A stretch of DNA of 64,000 nucleotides. Source: Protoeuglena noctilucae (taxonomy: Eukaryota). Location of the stretch: the NCBI GenBank assembly GCA_958009085.1, contig OY253686.1, positions 744,001-808,000 of the forward strand, given 5' to 3'. A program made the translations under genes and the position numbers. Of this stretch, positions 25,716 to 38,222 are shown one piece after another. How positions within the stretch are numbered: position 1 is the first letter of the stretch; the number at the start of each line of letters is the position of its first letter. A model generated the notes under the pieces. It did not search any database, was not told where the DNA came from, and saw only the letters and a program-made list of their open reading frames with translations.

Positions 25716-28700
25716 CTAGCACGCTGTGCAAGGTGGGCAGGCACACGCCAGCTGCGGCCCATCACATGACCGGTGGCATGGTCGCTGAAACGCAGGCGAG
25801 CGGCGGCATGCGGCCGTCATCAATCCAAACATGCCCCCCCGCGACTGCTTGCTGAGCTGCCTGGCCAGGTCCGCGAACCCCGCCGCGTCCCCCGCCATCT
25901 CCTCCGCACGCTCCCCCAGCCGCCCCAGCCGCTCGCCCCGCTCCTGCATCATCGCCACGTTCTGCCCCATGACCCCAGCTGCGCTCTGCCCCCGCTCGTC
26001 GGCGCTGGCAGCCGCGCCCTGCCGCCCATGGCCATACTTGGCTTTGATCTCCTCCACCGATCGCGCCGACGGGGCACCGAAGCCGCTCCCTCCGCTCGTG
26101 GATGCCTCTGGCTGGGAAGGCCCCGCGTCTGCGCGGCCGGGGCGGCGCACGCGGTGCGGGGGCGGGGCTTCGACCGGGGGCGCATCGGCCCCGTACTCCC
26201 TCGCAGATCCCTGGGTGGGGAAGCATGAGCGTTGCATGTAAGGGCTTGCTCTAGGGTCACTCAACAGAGGTGAGACAGAGAGGACTGTCAACATGCGTGT
26301 AGCAAAGCAGGCTTGCTGGGGTGATTGGGGGGTTACTCTCACATGTACAACAAAGCATGCGTGATGAGAGTGACCGCCCCACACGTCGCCCGCAGTTGCT
26401 CCTCCCTCACCGTGCGTAGGGGCCCCCGCATCCGCCCGGCGTCGCGGTGCTCCCGGACGCGCGCCACGAAGCTGGCCGCGCCCTGCTTGATCCGCTGCAG
26501 CAGCCCGCCGACCCCGAAGGGCGGCGACGCGCGCCCAGCCTCGTCACCCATCTCCGAGTGAATGTCTTCCGGCACAGTCGCCATGGCCTCCACGCCCGCG
26601 CCCGAAACGCCGCCGTCCACCTCCGCGGACGACACGGCGCGGAGGTTGAAGGGCTCCGGGGGGCGGAAGAAGGCCAACAGCGACTCCGGGGGCGGGCGGG
26701 GCGCGTCTGGCAAAGGGTCCTCCCCAGGGGGCACGTCCACCCACTCCGCCACGTTGCCCGACTCGGCGTCCTCGGAGATCACGTCGATGCCGCGGGGGCC
26801 CTCCGCGGGGGCGTCGTCGGCGTCGTGGGCGCCGCGGGGGCGCGGGGGTGTGAGGCTCTTGGCGGAGGGGGTGGCGGGGAGGGCGTGGGCCACGGGGTGC
26901 ACCAGGACGCCCTCGCCTACCGTCGGGCCGGGGCGGGAGGCGAGGGAGAGGATGCGGGCGAGGGGCGCGGGGGCGTCGGCGGCGCGGGCGTGCGCGAGCG
27001 CGCGGGCGAGGCTGTCGCTGTGGGGGTCCAGGTCGAGGCCCCAGAGGGCCAGGGAGGCGTCGCGAAGAGCAGCCGAGGCGCGGGGGTCGGTGGCGAGGGA
27101 GGGGCGCGCGAGGGGCGGTGCGGCGGAGGAGAGCGTGAGCCGCGCGGCGTCGCCTGCTGTGGTGAACACAGTGGCCTGCGCACCGTCCTCCGCCACGCAG
27201 CTGGTGGCGGCGGCGGCAGCGAGATCCCGGTCCGTGTCTGCGGCGCGCCACTGGGGCCCCACGAGGGGCGGGAGCGGCACCTTGTGCAGCCGCGAGAGGT
27301 TGGGGAGGGCGTAGACGTGGATCGACCCCACGGGGGAGATGCACACGGCCGCGGGGCCGTGGCCCGCCTCGAACGCCTCGCACGCCTCGATGGTTTCTGG
27401 CAGGAAGGCCTTGCGGAGCGGGGTGTGGTTGCCGTGGAGGACGGTGACGGGAGAGTAGACGCGGAGGTAGGACTGGGCGGCGGTGAGGACGAACCCGGCG
27501 TCCTGGAAGCCGCAGAGGGCCTCGGATACGCGGAGGCGGCCGGAGGGCTGCAGGAGGTCGGCGACGGTGCCGCCGAACACGATGTCCGACACGTGCGAGT
27601 CGGGGTGGGAGGTGCGGCGGCGGCGCTGGGCAGCGTGGGGGGTGGCGAGGGCCGGGGTGTCCTCAGATTCTGAAGAACGCTCCGAGACGGAGAGGTGGCC
27701 CGGGAAGCGCTCCAGGTTGGCGAACTGGGCGCGCTCGGGGAGGTTCTTCGAAGAGCCGGAGCGGAGGAGCTCCGTGCGGCCGTCGGCTGGGGGGTGGGGA
27801 GAGGGGTGGGTGATGTGGATGAGGTAGGGGGTGGGTCAAAGGTGGAGAGCAAAGGGAGTGGGGCGTAAAGGAAGGGTCGCAACCACATAAACTCAGTGAG
27901 CAATGAGAGAGAGTGCAGGCAAACGATGTGGGCGGGTCGCATGCATGCAGACCGGCCTCTCACCTGCCCCGTCCGCGCCGTCCCCTTCCATCGGCGACGC
28001 CTGGCCTGGCCCAGTGCTGTAGTAGCGCCGCAGGGCCTCCATGGCGTGGCTGGAACCACCGGACTTCCCCTGCACACCCGCCGCACCCGAGCTGCTGCGG
28101 TTGGATGCGGGGTGGGCCGGGGGGGCGGGGCTGCCGCTGTCGAGGGGAGCCTCGGGGCCACGGAGGGCCTCCGCGGCCATTGTCCCGCGAACCGTGGCTG
28201 CGGAACAAGGCAAGACGACGCGGGTGCATGAGACATGGGAACGTGAGCATTGCGAAAGGGGCGACGGAGGCTGGAAAGATGGCACGTGGCAGGCACAGCT
28301 GGTGCGGTCGAACATCGCATCCCTCTCAGCAATATACCAGGCCACATGACACAGCTCCCTTCCACCAGCCCCTATTATACTACATAATCCCACCCGTTGT
28401 CTCACCGAGCGCCACCTCGTCCCTCTCCGCCTGCCTGTCCTCCTGCAGCCGCGCCAGCTGCGCCCGCAGTCGGTCCCCCTGCCGGTCAATCACGTACTGC
28501 GGCGCGCTCGGTGCAGCCAGGGGCGACCCGTCGGACGCCAACAGGTGCATGGCCACGCCAGGCGACGCGTGTCGCACTGTGGTCCACGACCCCGACCCCA
28601 GCGGCTGCCCGGTGTCCAGGGACAGGATGAGGGTCTGCGCCGAGGCGTCCAGCACCGCCACGACGGCCTTGCGGTTCGATGCCGCGGCTGAGCCGGGCGC

Positions 28701-31576
28701 CTTGGGCCACCGCCGCGCCGACCGCCCTGAGCCGGACCCCGACCCAGGGGCGCTGCGGAAGCGGCCCCCCTCGAGCGTCACTGCCGTGTCGGAGACGTAG
28801 CCGGACAGCGCGTGGCTGCTGCGGCCCGCTGTGCTCGGGGCCTGCAGGTCTGCGCCCCCCACGTCCTGCGACTCGGCCTCCTCCGTCTGGGAATGAGACG
28901 TGGGGCGTGGGACGTGAGGGTGGGGCACAGCGAGGAGAGCAGCATGGGTAGACGAAGCAGTGTGGCGGGGCAACGTGAGTGTCAACTGCATCCAGTCATG
29001 GTGATGAGCCAGCAACAGTCCTGTTCCAAACATACCACCAGTAGCCCTTCAATCCCACTCACCTCGGACTCCGAGACAATTTCGAGGAGGGAGCTGGGGG
29101 CGGGCTTGGGTGGCGCGGGAGCCTTGGCGGCGGGGGGCTTGGCGGGGAGGGCGGGCATCTGGAGGATGCCGACACGCAGGGCGGGGACGGGGAGGCGCCC
29201 GGGCCGCGTGACGAACAGCAGGGTGTGCTGCAGGGCGTCGAGGACGACCACAGCCCCGCTGCGGTGTCCGGCCACCGCGACCCCCAACGCCGACGCGACC
29301 TCCAGGGCCGTCACGGGGCTGGGGTCCGCGAGGCAGCGCAGGACGCAGGCCCACCCGGGGGCGCTGTCACCCATCACCGACCCGGACACCGATCTCTGGC
29401 CCCCCGCACCGCCCACCACCACGGTGGGCACGCGTGAGGGCTCCGCGCGCCACTTGAAGAGGCGCACCTCGCCGGACTCGTGGCCCGAGGCGAGCCAGCC
29501 GGCCACGGGGCACACGTGCACGCGCGTCACGGGGCCGGCGGGGGGGAGGTCGCACTGGGTTGCGGGGGGTGGGGCCACGGTGGCGATGTGGCGGTGGACC
29601 TCCGACCGCGCGTCCCACCAGCGGACCTGCCCGTCCCGGTGGCCCGTCACAAGCATGTACCCGCGGACGCGCGAGCACGCCGCCTCCGACGCCGGCGCCG
29701 CGCCCTGCGGGGGAGAGACGGTGTCAGCTGAGGTGCACCGCATATAGGAAGATCTAGACACTCTGGTAAGACATGTGTCTTGCGTGCCCGCACGAGGCAT
29801 CGAAGGCACCCATCGGGTACAGCACCCCGCGCATCGCCCCTCGCCTTGAGCATGTCCTCCAAGAGCATCCCCGCGACGGTCGAGGCGTCCCTCTCGCGCT
29901 CGACCGAGCGCGCGCACCCGGCCGCCGCCACCTCAGGGGAGAGGCAGGGGAGGACGGCGGGGTAGCGGCGCGCGAGGGCCGCGAGGTCCTCGAGGCCATG
30001 CTCGGTGATCCACACGGGGCAGGAGGGGTTGAGAAGGACGGGGCGGGGTACCGTGAGGACGCTGGCCGTCACGGGGGGCTTCGCCTGGAGGCCCACGGCC
30101 AGGGGCGTGGGTGGGGCGAGGGACCAGAGGTCGTAGACGAAGCAGCGGCCGCCCTCGAGAAGCACGGCGGCCGCGGGGCGGGCGGCGTGGGGGCCAATGG
30201 CGCCGGGGGCCGTGAGGGGCGCGGCGCAGGGGCGGCCTCTGAGGAAGCCCAGCCAAGGGAGAGCCACGGGGTCGCGGAGGGAGGGGCCGGGGACCCCGGG
30301 GCGGGGATCGGGAAGCGTGGGGAGGAGGGTGAGGCCGTCGGGGCCGTCGGATGCGGCGCCTGCCACCAGGAGATTGTCGGTGGGGCCGCCCACCGCGTGG
30401 AGGGCCGTCACGGGGCTCAGGGGCGAGCCCGGTGGGCCGGGGCGCAGGACGCGGTCGCGGAGGAGGTCGGGGCCGCTCGGCCCGTCGACGAATGCCCACA
30501 GAGACACGTGTCCATCCGCGTGGCCCGCCGCGGCACGCGACCCGTCCGCAAGCCAGCAGGCGCACGTGAGGGAGGGTCCGTCGGGGCCCGGGCTGTGGGC
30601 GCCGGAGGACTCCTCGCTGGAGGGACGGGTTTCGGCGTTGAGAGAGGGCGCGGAGAGGCACCCGCGCTCCCAGTCCCAGAGGGCGAGGCCCGAAGCACGC
30701 GCCACGAGGAGGTGGCGGGGGTCGGGGACGGGGCGGGCGCACACGGCGACGACGGGGCCGGAGAGCGGCGTGGCGGTGGAGGGGATGCTGCGGGGGCAGC
30801 GGGAGCTCGCGTGACGGGCCAGCGGTGGTGAGAAGTGCCAGGGTGACTTTGCTCATGTGCAGTCACACCTGTAGGGGAGCGGCGTGAGGCGGGGACCCTC
30901 GACGTCGGGGGAGAGGTCAACGCGGAGCGCGTGCACGGCCCCGCGCTGGGTCCCGACGAAGAGGAGGTCCGTGAGGGGTGGCGATTCCAGTGCCGTGACA
31001 TCGACGCGTGTGCCGGCCTGCACGAGCGCCAGCGCGCCCACGCAGCCGACCAGGGTCTCGCTCCACGACCAGACCTCGACGATGCCACCCGTCGTGGCGC
31101 GGGCCACGGCGCGGTGGCCCAGGAGCGAGCAGAGCGCCACGCTGGGGCCCGTCCGGGACGAGTGCAGTAGCGTCTGGACACCCTCGCGGCCAACGACCTT
31201 CATCCGCCCGTTACTCGTAGCAATGAACAAGGCCTGGCCAACTGCAAACGCGGCGGGGCGGCCGGCGGTGGGGCGTGGGAGCACGAGGTTGGTGGCAACG
31301 TGGTTGTTGCACCCGTGCCGGGAACCAGGAGACGAGCGCGGGCCCACCTGGGTCGTAGAGCACCCCATCTGCGGTCTGGGGCACACCATCGTGGCCAAGA
31401 AAGCGGATCCTGATGTCCCGGGGATGCACGCGGTCCACGGGGATGAAGAACTCTCCTGCGGGCTCTTGGGGTCATCGCAGTCACACCACGACAGCCTTAG
31501 CTGACCCACAGCGACTTGAGGACCCCGGTTGGCTCCCCTCACCCGTGCTGGCCAACTTCCGAAGCCCTGCCATCAT
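25716..31576 (-). CDS. Tomosyn/Lgl-family WD40 protein with C-terminal R-SNARE motif
   Basis: N-terminal LFIATSNGRMKVVGREGVQTLL; WD repeats (AAGHADGHVSLW, VTGHRDGQVRWWD); RSVEEIKAKYG followed by MQERGERLGRLGERAEEMAGDAAGFADLARQL (v-SNARE coil). Confidence 0.88.
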
Positions 31577-31986
31577 GGTGGCCCCGCGGGGCCGTCACGC
31601 TCCCGTCCGGGGTGTCAATAACGCGACGGAGCAACCAACGGTAGCGTGCGGGGGTCCCTTCCTGCAGGTTTCGAGGGAGAATTTCTGTCTCTCGGCCAAC
31701 ACCTTGAGCTCTGCCCCGACGAGACCGCGTCATGCGCCTCATGAAGACCGGACGACTCGATCGGGGCGGTAGCAACGCGCGCATTTGGCGTCGCGACACC
31801 TTAGTCTGACTCGTGTGCCCTAATCCATTTTCCCTCATCTTCGTCCCAAAAAACCTGTCACATGGCCTGTGGGTAGTGAAAAACGAAGCCCCGGCGTGAG
31901 GGTCACAGCTGCCGCGCCTTCACGCCGGGGCTTCTGGGACTTTTGGCACTGCGAGCTGCCGTGACGTGCGCGGACCGCCTGGACGT

Positions 31987-34172
31987 ATGGGGAAGAAGAT
32001 TGTGTGGGTGCTGATCGATGGAGTTGGCGACGTGGAGGTGCCGGGTGCGTATCCTTGCCGTTTCTCCACCACGGCTGCTTTTTCGTGCCGAGCGCGTACC
32101 GAGGCTGCCCAATCACCACGCGTCGCGCAGGCTTGGGCTACCGCACGCCCCTGGAGGCGGCGCGGACTCCCGCCCTCGACGCTCTCGCCCGGGTAGGGCG
32201 CTGCGGGCTGCAGGACACCGCAGAGCCGGGGCTGGCGTGCGGGAGCGACACGGCCCACCTGGAGCTGCTGGGGTATCCACCGCAGCAGGCGAGAGGGCCG
32301 CCTGCGCCTCACTGCGTGCGCCGCTCTCACCCACGTGCGCACGCGACACGGATTGCGCTATGGTCGCACCGCAGTACTACCGGGGCCGTGGCGCGTTCGA
32401 GTCCATGGGCGCGGGCATCGAGATGGGCCCCGGCGACATCGCCTTCAAGTGCAACTTCGCGACCCTGGACCCGACCACCGGCGTCGTCACGTCCCGCCGC
32501 TGCGACCGGGACTTCACGCGAGAGGGCCCTGTCCTCTGCGCCGCCCTGGGCGAGTGCCTGGCGGGCCTGGGCGAGTCGAAATGACGCAGCCTCGATACGC
32601 ACACACGCTGCACTTCCTCTACACGCAGACGGCATGAGCCTGCCCTCCTTCCCGGAGCACACTGTGGCAGTCCAGTACGCCACAGAGCATCGGTGCGGAG
32701 TCTGCATTCGCGGGCCAGGCCTCACCGACGCGGTATCGGGGACCGACCCTCTCAAGGACAACCTCCCGCTGCTCCGGGCGAGTGCTTACTGTGGGCGTGG
32801 GCACCCACCCCACATGGCATGGAGTGTGTGCGAACCATGCCAAACGCAGTGCTCGTCGTCCAAGCCCACCTGCTGCGCTTGCGGTGCAGTGCACGCCCAC
32901 GGACGCATCCCCGGAGGCGTCGCACACGGCGGCGGTGGTCGAGGAGCTCAGCCGCGTGATGCAGGAGGTCCTCTCGTCGCACCCCATCAACGCATCAAGG
33001 GCGGCGCAGGACAAGCCCGTCGCAAACGTGGTGCTCCTGCGGGGCTGCGGGGTCCGCCTCTCCGCCCCAACGTTCTTGGAGAGACACGGGCTGCGCGCCT
33101 TCATGATCGCACCCACGCGGTGCATCCTGGGCATCGGGATGTCGGCAGGAATCGAGCCCATCCACGTGCCGGGGGCCACGGGAGACTACCACACTAGGCT
33201 GGACAAGAAGGCTGAGGCGAGGCTGCTGGCTGCGCACATGAGGGCTTGCAGAGTGTCAACCTACACCCGCACCCACCTGTTTGCCTTGTCCCCAACCCAA
33301 GCTGACTGACGAAAGCATGGCCCTTCTAACATGCCCAGGCGCTCGCACAGCACATTCTGTCGGGTCGCTATGACTTGGGTTTCTGCCACATCAAGGCCGT
33401 GGACGACTGCGGCCACGACCGCAACGTCGAGGGTCGCGTGGCGTGGGTGGAGAAGTTGGACGCGTTCGTGGGGCAGGTGAGTGTCTGAGATATGTCAGAT
33501 GGTAGCGGACAGTGTCATGTGCAGCTGCGGACCACCACCATCTGGGTGCGGGCAATGGTGACAGCTCTTGCGGTGTGGGTTGCTGTAGAGGCTTACCGTC
33601 CTGCCTGGTCATAGGCTACTTCTGAACATCTCTAGCTGCAGGTGTTGACCCTGTTGGCCGGCATCGCCGACGACTGTGTCATGGTGGTGGGTGGTGACCA
33701 CTCGACCCCCGTGCTCTTTGGCGACCACTCCCACGAGCCCGTGCCATTCGTCATGGCGCGCTTGGACCAAGCACTCGCGGCTTACAGAGAGCAAGGCGAG
33801 CCTGGAGAGCCGCAGCATTGCATGCGTGTGTGTTGCGGGTAGCAACACACAGCCCCTGCATCTATGTCGGCAGTGCCTTAGTGTGACGGCGCCTCACAGC
33901 CTGGCCTCGCAGGGGTTCAATCGGCTCCCCAGGACTCTACGGGATCCGCCGCGGGCCTAGGAGGTGCGTGGGAAGTGTGGGGATGTTATGAATGACCCCA
34001 GATGAGGCGGCCATGCTGATGCGCCTCAGCGGGTCCACCCCCTGCATGGTACGCAGAGTCACTGCCCTATCGTCCGGGTTTCCACGAAAAGGCGTGCGCC
34101 GCAGGAGCCCTGGGGCGCTTCCTGGGCGGGGAGGTCATGGCCATCATCAAGGAGGGGGCCGGCTACGCATAG
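31987..34172 (+). CDS. apgM: Cofactor-independent phosphoglycerate mutase, archaeal/ApgM type
   Basis: LIDGVGD, CGSDTAHL (catalytic Ser), YYRGRGAFESMGAG, HIKAVDDCGHD, GDHSTP, GDHSHEPVP, GALGRF; 9 exons, 5 GC-AG introns. Confidence 0.93.
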
Positions 34173-34208
34173 GTCGGCACGGGTGGTTAGGCGCTAGACA
34201 CGGCAAGC

Positions 34209-37200
34209 CTAGTTGCGGGGCTCCACATCCCTGAACACGGAGCTCCGGCGCAGGTCCGACATGTCTTGTCTTCGCAAGGCATCGCTGTCGTCCCCTTGGC
34301 CCTGCGACGCGTCTAATGGCAAGTCCACGTCGCACATCTCCTGCGGGGATGGATAGTACTAACAAATGACTAAGCAGAAGCAGGTACCGAGAAGTGCACT
34401 GCCACCAGGCTGGCAGGAGGCTGCCGTAGATATGGTCAGGCGTCGATGCGACATGTCCGCAGAGATCACATTCAACCACTACCACGCCCCATCCCTTGCC
34501 TTGAGGAGGTCGACCGGCACCGGCGACTTGGCCCCGTCCCCCAGCGCTGCCAAGTCCACGTCCTTCACTGCCGCCACCTCCTGCCGCAGCGCCTGCGTCG
34601 CAAGAATTCAGGCGCACGTGTCACAGCGCCCATCGACACAACAGCGAGCTGGGCAGCCCGTGCAAGACACAGCACCTGCCTCGCCAGCGCTGGGCTACAC
34701 ACACAGCGACTGCACACAGCACGTGTCCCGCACTAGTGCTGCTGAGCGGCTCACCGAGGTCACCGGGCTGGCCGGCCCCGCCTGCACCGACTCCGCGCGC
34801 CGCCTCCGCGTCTCCGCGGCCGTCAGCGCACCCCCGGCCGGCATCCCCTGCTGCGGCGCCGACCCCGCGCCGAGCGAAGCGGGCGCCGCAGCGCCGCTGC
34901 CCGTCCCCGGCGTCTGCACCGTCGATGACCCCGCTGGGATCGCCCCCGCGTGCCCCCGCCCCCCTCGCGAGCTCCCCGTGATCTGGATGATCCTCCCCGT
35001 CGCGTCCTGCCCCTGCCCCACCTGCCCCAGCAACACGTCGTCGTCCAGCCCCACTGGGATGCGCTCAATGCCCAGGTCGGACGCAGGGCCGTCGCGGTGG
35101 GCGGCCGACAGCCGGTCGGGGCTCACCATGGTCACCTCGATCGAGGACCGCAGCAGGCGGCCACCGTTCCTGGGGGGGGAAAGGCGAATGGACGATGTCA
35201 GCGATGCTAACCCTGAAGGGACGCGACATAAGGGGAGGCTACAGTGGCAAGGCAGCCGGTGCATGGGGTTGCCAGGTGAGTTTCGTGCTCCAGCACGTCG
35301 TCGCACGTCATCGCATGTCGCGGGCATCATCACTCGCCTGTTGATGATCTGTATGAAGGTGAGCATGAAGTTCTCCTTCTGGGCCATGGTGGCGTCCTGG
35401 TTGGGGGCGTCGATGTAGAAGGACACGATGATTTCGAGGGAGTTGGTGGTGATGTCGTTGAGGTACACGCGGCGGTGCAGCTTCTGGATGATGCGGGGGT
35501 CCCGACGCGTGATCTGCGGGCATGCACGGGGTGGCCAGGAAGTGGCCAGGGGGACAGGCTAGAGAGCCAGGCGCATGGCCCTGTGTCGTGGTAACACCAT
35601 ACAACCACAAGATAGGGTAGTGATACCATGCAACCATGACACAGGTGCCTCTGTGGTCTGCGCAGTGCGGACGTCCCCTCACTGCGCGCATCTCGGCAAT
35701 GATGGGCTGCACGACCTCCACGCTGTCCATGGCGATCTGCAGCTTCTGGAAGTAGCGGAACTCGCGGCCCTTGCGCGTCACGTTCAGCACCACCACCTGC
35801 GGCAGACACACCGACCGGGTGGGTTTAAGGTCCCATGGTCGCAAAGGAGCGCGACGCAGCGACAACACACAGCCGTGCGGCCATGCGCGTGTCAGGGGCC
35901 AACAGCTGCGATGGCACGTGACGCAGCGACACCAGACAACGTAAGACAAGCCATAGTTGGTTGCGGCAGTCCGTGGGGCTGGTTTCACAAGTCCCCATCG
36001 CCCCCTCGCTCCCTCTCCATCTCTTGCCTTGGAGAAGACCGAGTTGGGCACCACCCAGACCTCCCTCTCGAAGGACCGGATCTGCGTGCGGAACCAGCCC
36101 ACGTCCACCACGATGCCCTCCACGGTGGTCGTCGGGGCGGGCTTGAACCACACCTCGTCCCCGGTCTCAAAGGGGGTCGAGGACAGGATGACCAGGCCGT
36201 TAAAGAGGTTCTCCAGAATCTGCGGGGGGTAGGCGAGGGTGTTGCAGTGTGCGGATGGGGTTGACATCAGGTTGACAAGCAGAGACGTGTCGTGGCGACG
36301 GTGCGAGGGTGCGCATGCAGGCACCCTGTGTACGTCCATGGCATGGGTATGGGACATGAAACGCCCTTGCAACGCACGCACCTCCCGACCCGCCAGGGAT
36401 AGGGCGATACCACCGATACCACCGATGGCAAGGAGGGAGTTGACGTCGAAGCCGATGGCCTGGAGCGACAGCGTGATGCCGACCGTGATGGTGACGATGG
36501 TCACGAGCTTGTCGATGGCCTCCACGCGACGCTGCTGCGTTTTCTCCCTGTAGGGAAGGGCACGAGGGGGATGTTGCACAGAGGCGAGCCTCACAGCGTG
36601 TGCTGAGCACGCCAGCGCCAGGGCCCCAGCGCTGCGTGAGTCGAAGCTCCCCCGCCCCTCACCCCGACAGCTCGTACTGCCAGGACGTCTCCCTTAGGGC
36701 GCGGTCCTTCAGCTTAAAGACGACGGCCATGGCAGAGAGGATGACGCAGAGGGTCATGATGGTGCGCATGATGTGGTTGACGTACGTCCGGGGCACGCGG
36801 ATTAGCGTCGGCAGCAGGTTCTCCGCGAGCGCCACGGCAGCGCCCACGAAGAGCAGCGTCTCGACGGGGCGGTAAACCTCCCTGCAGGGGGCACGGCAAG
36901 CGCGGTCGGCCCCGCGCGACCCGGAGCCGAGCGCGCGCGCGATCTGATGCAATCTCGCTCGGAGTTGTGCACTTTTACATACCGCCTGCGGCCGCGGCCC
37001 TCGCCTCAGGATGAGAAACGTGGACGACTTCTCCCAGGCGGCCATGGTCCCCTCTCCCACGAAGAAGTCGCGAATTTTCTTGGCCGCGGGCTCCAGACCG
37101 ACGCGCATCAGCGTGATGACGACGACGATGCTCCAAATTTGACGGAAAACGGCCGAGACGAGGAGCTTGGACGTGGTCTGGGGGGCGGGCGCGACGTGAC

Positions 37201-37706
37201 GCTCCGTGGGCGCGGCGGGATCGCGAGCGATAAACAACGGCGGTCGCTTCTGCATCTGAGCGACTCGTGCCATATTTTCGACTCACCTTCGACAGCGCGA
37301 CGTTCATCGGCGTTCCGAACGCGACGACGTAGTACGCAGCTTGCACCAGGACGAACACGACCATGGCCAGGAAGACGAACGCCCCGATGAAGATGCCCGA
37401 GCCCGCCGGGACGATCGTCGGCCTCTTAGGTCCCGGTTGCGGGTCCGGGTTCGGCGCGTCCGCGGCCGGCGACGTCCCGGGAGCCCCGTCGTCCAAACCG
37501 GGTGGGGCCGTGTCGCCTGCTGCCATGGCGTGCCGTCGCAGCCCCTCCCTCGGCGAGCCCACGATCTCCTTTGCTATGCCGAGAATGCCAGCGGTGCATC
37601 TCCGCGGGATGGGGGCGCGCGGGGCCGCGGGCCTTCGCTGCCATCCCGTCCGCAACAGGGCCCGGGCCAGGTGCGCAGGCGCGGCCGCGACGTGCGCCCG
37701 GCACAT
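34209..37706 (-). CDS. MscS-like mechanosensitive channel (organellar MSL)
   Basis: LLAIGGIGGIALSLAGRE|ILENLFNG, EGIVVDVGWFRTQIRSFEREVWVVPNSVFS and transmembrane helices; transit-like N-terminus; 10 exons, the last inferred through a GC donor at 34499. Confidence 0.9.
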
Positions 37707-38222
37707 GGTCTCGCACACGTCTCGATCTCGACCACGGGGGATGCCTGCTGAGGGTCCCGGCCTCTAGCTCTCGAGGCTTTCCAGCCCGGCTGACATCCGC
37801 TCGCGCTGTCCCTCGCGACGACCCGGCAAGCGAGCCACTATCCCGGTATAGATGTTGGTTGAGAACACGAACACTGCTCTGCTGTGTCCAGCCTCACCGG
37901 GGCAAAGACCGACGCGCAGGCGCAAGAACATTGCGTGCCTGGCACCTGGGGCGAGGCGAAACGCCATATGGAAAACAAACTAGCTGCATCCGTTTGCATT
38001 GAGTCTGTAGTACGCTGGAGGGGTCCAAGGGCAACGCCACCGGGTACCTTTGCCTCGGAGGATGCGCAGGCCTTCGGGTCTCGTTCGTCCGTCCGTCGTG
38101 GCTGCGGTGAGGCAAATGCAAGCTTCTCCAAGCCAAATACGCTTACAATACTTGGCGCAAGGGATGCCCACGGCCCCGGCCGGTGCCAGGGTGGCCCCGG
38201 ATGGCTGCGCTGTGTAACAACG

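Noticed and set aside
26447..30856. Long plus-strand ORFs antisense to tomosyn
   Set aside because: Mirror frames of GC3-biased coding exons with no independent motifs.
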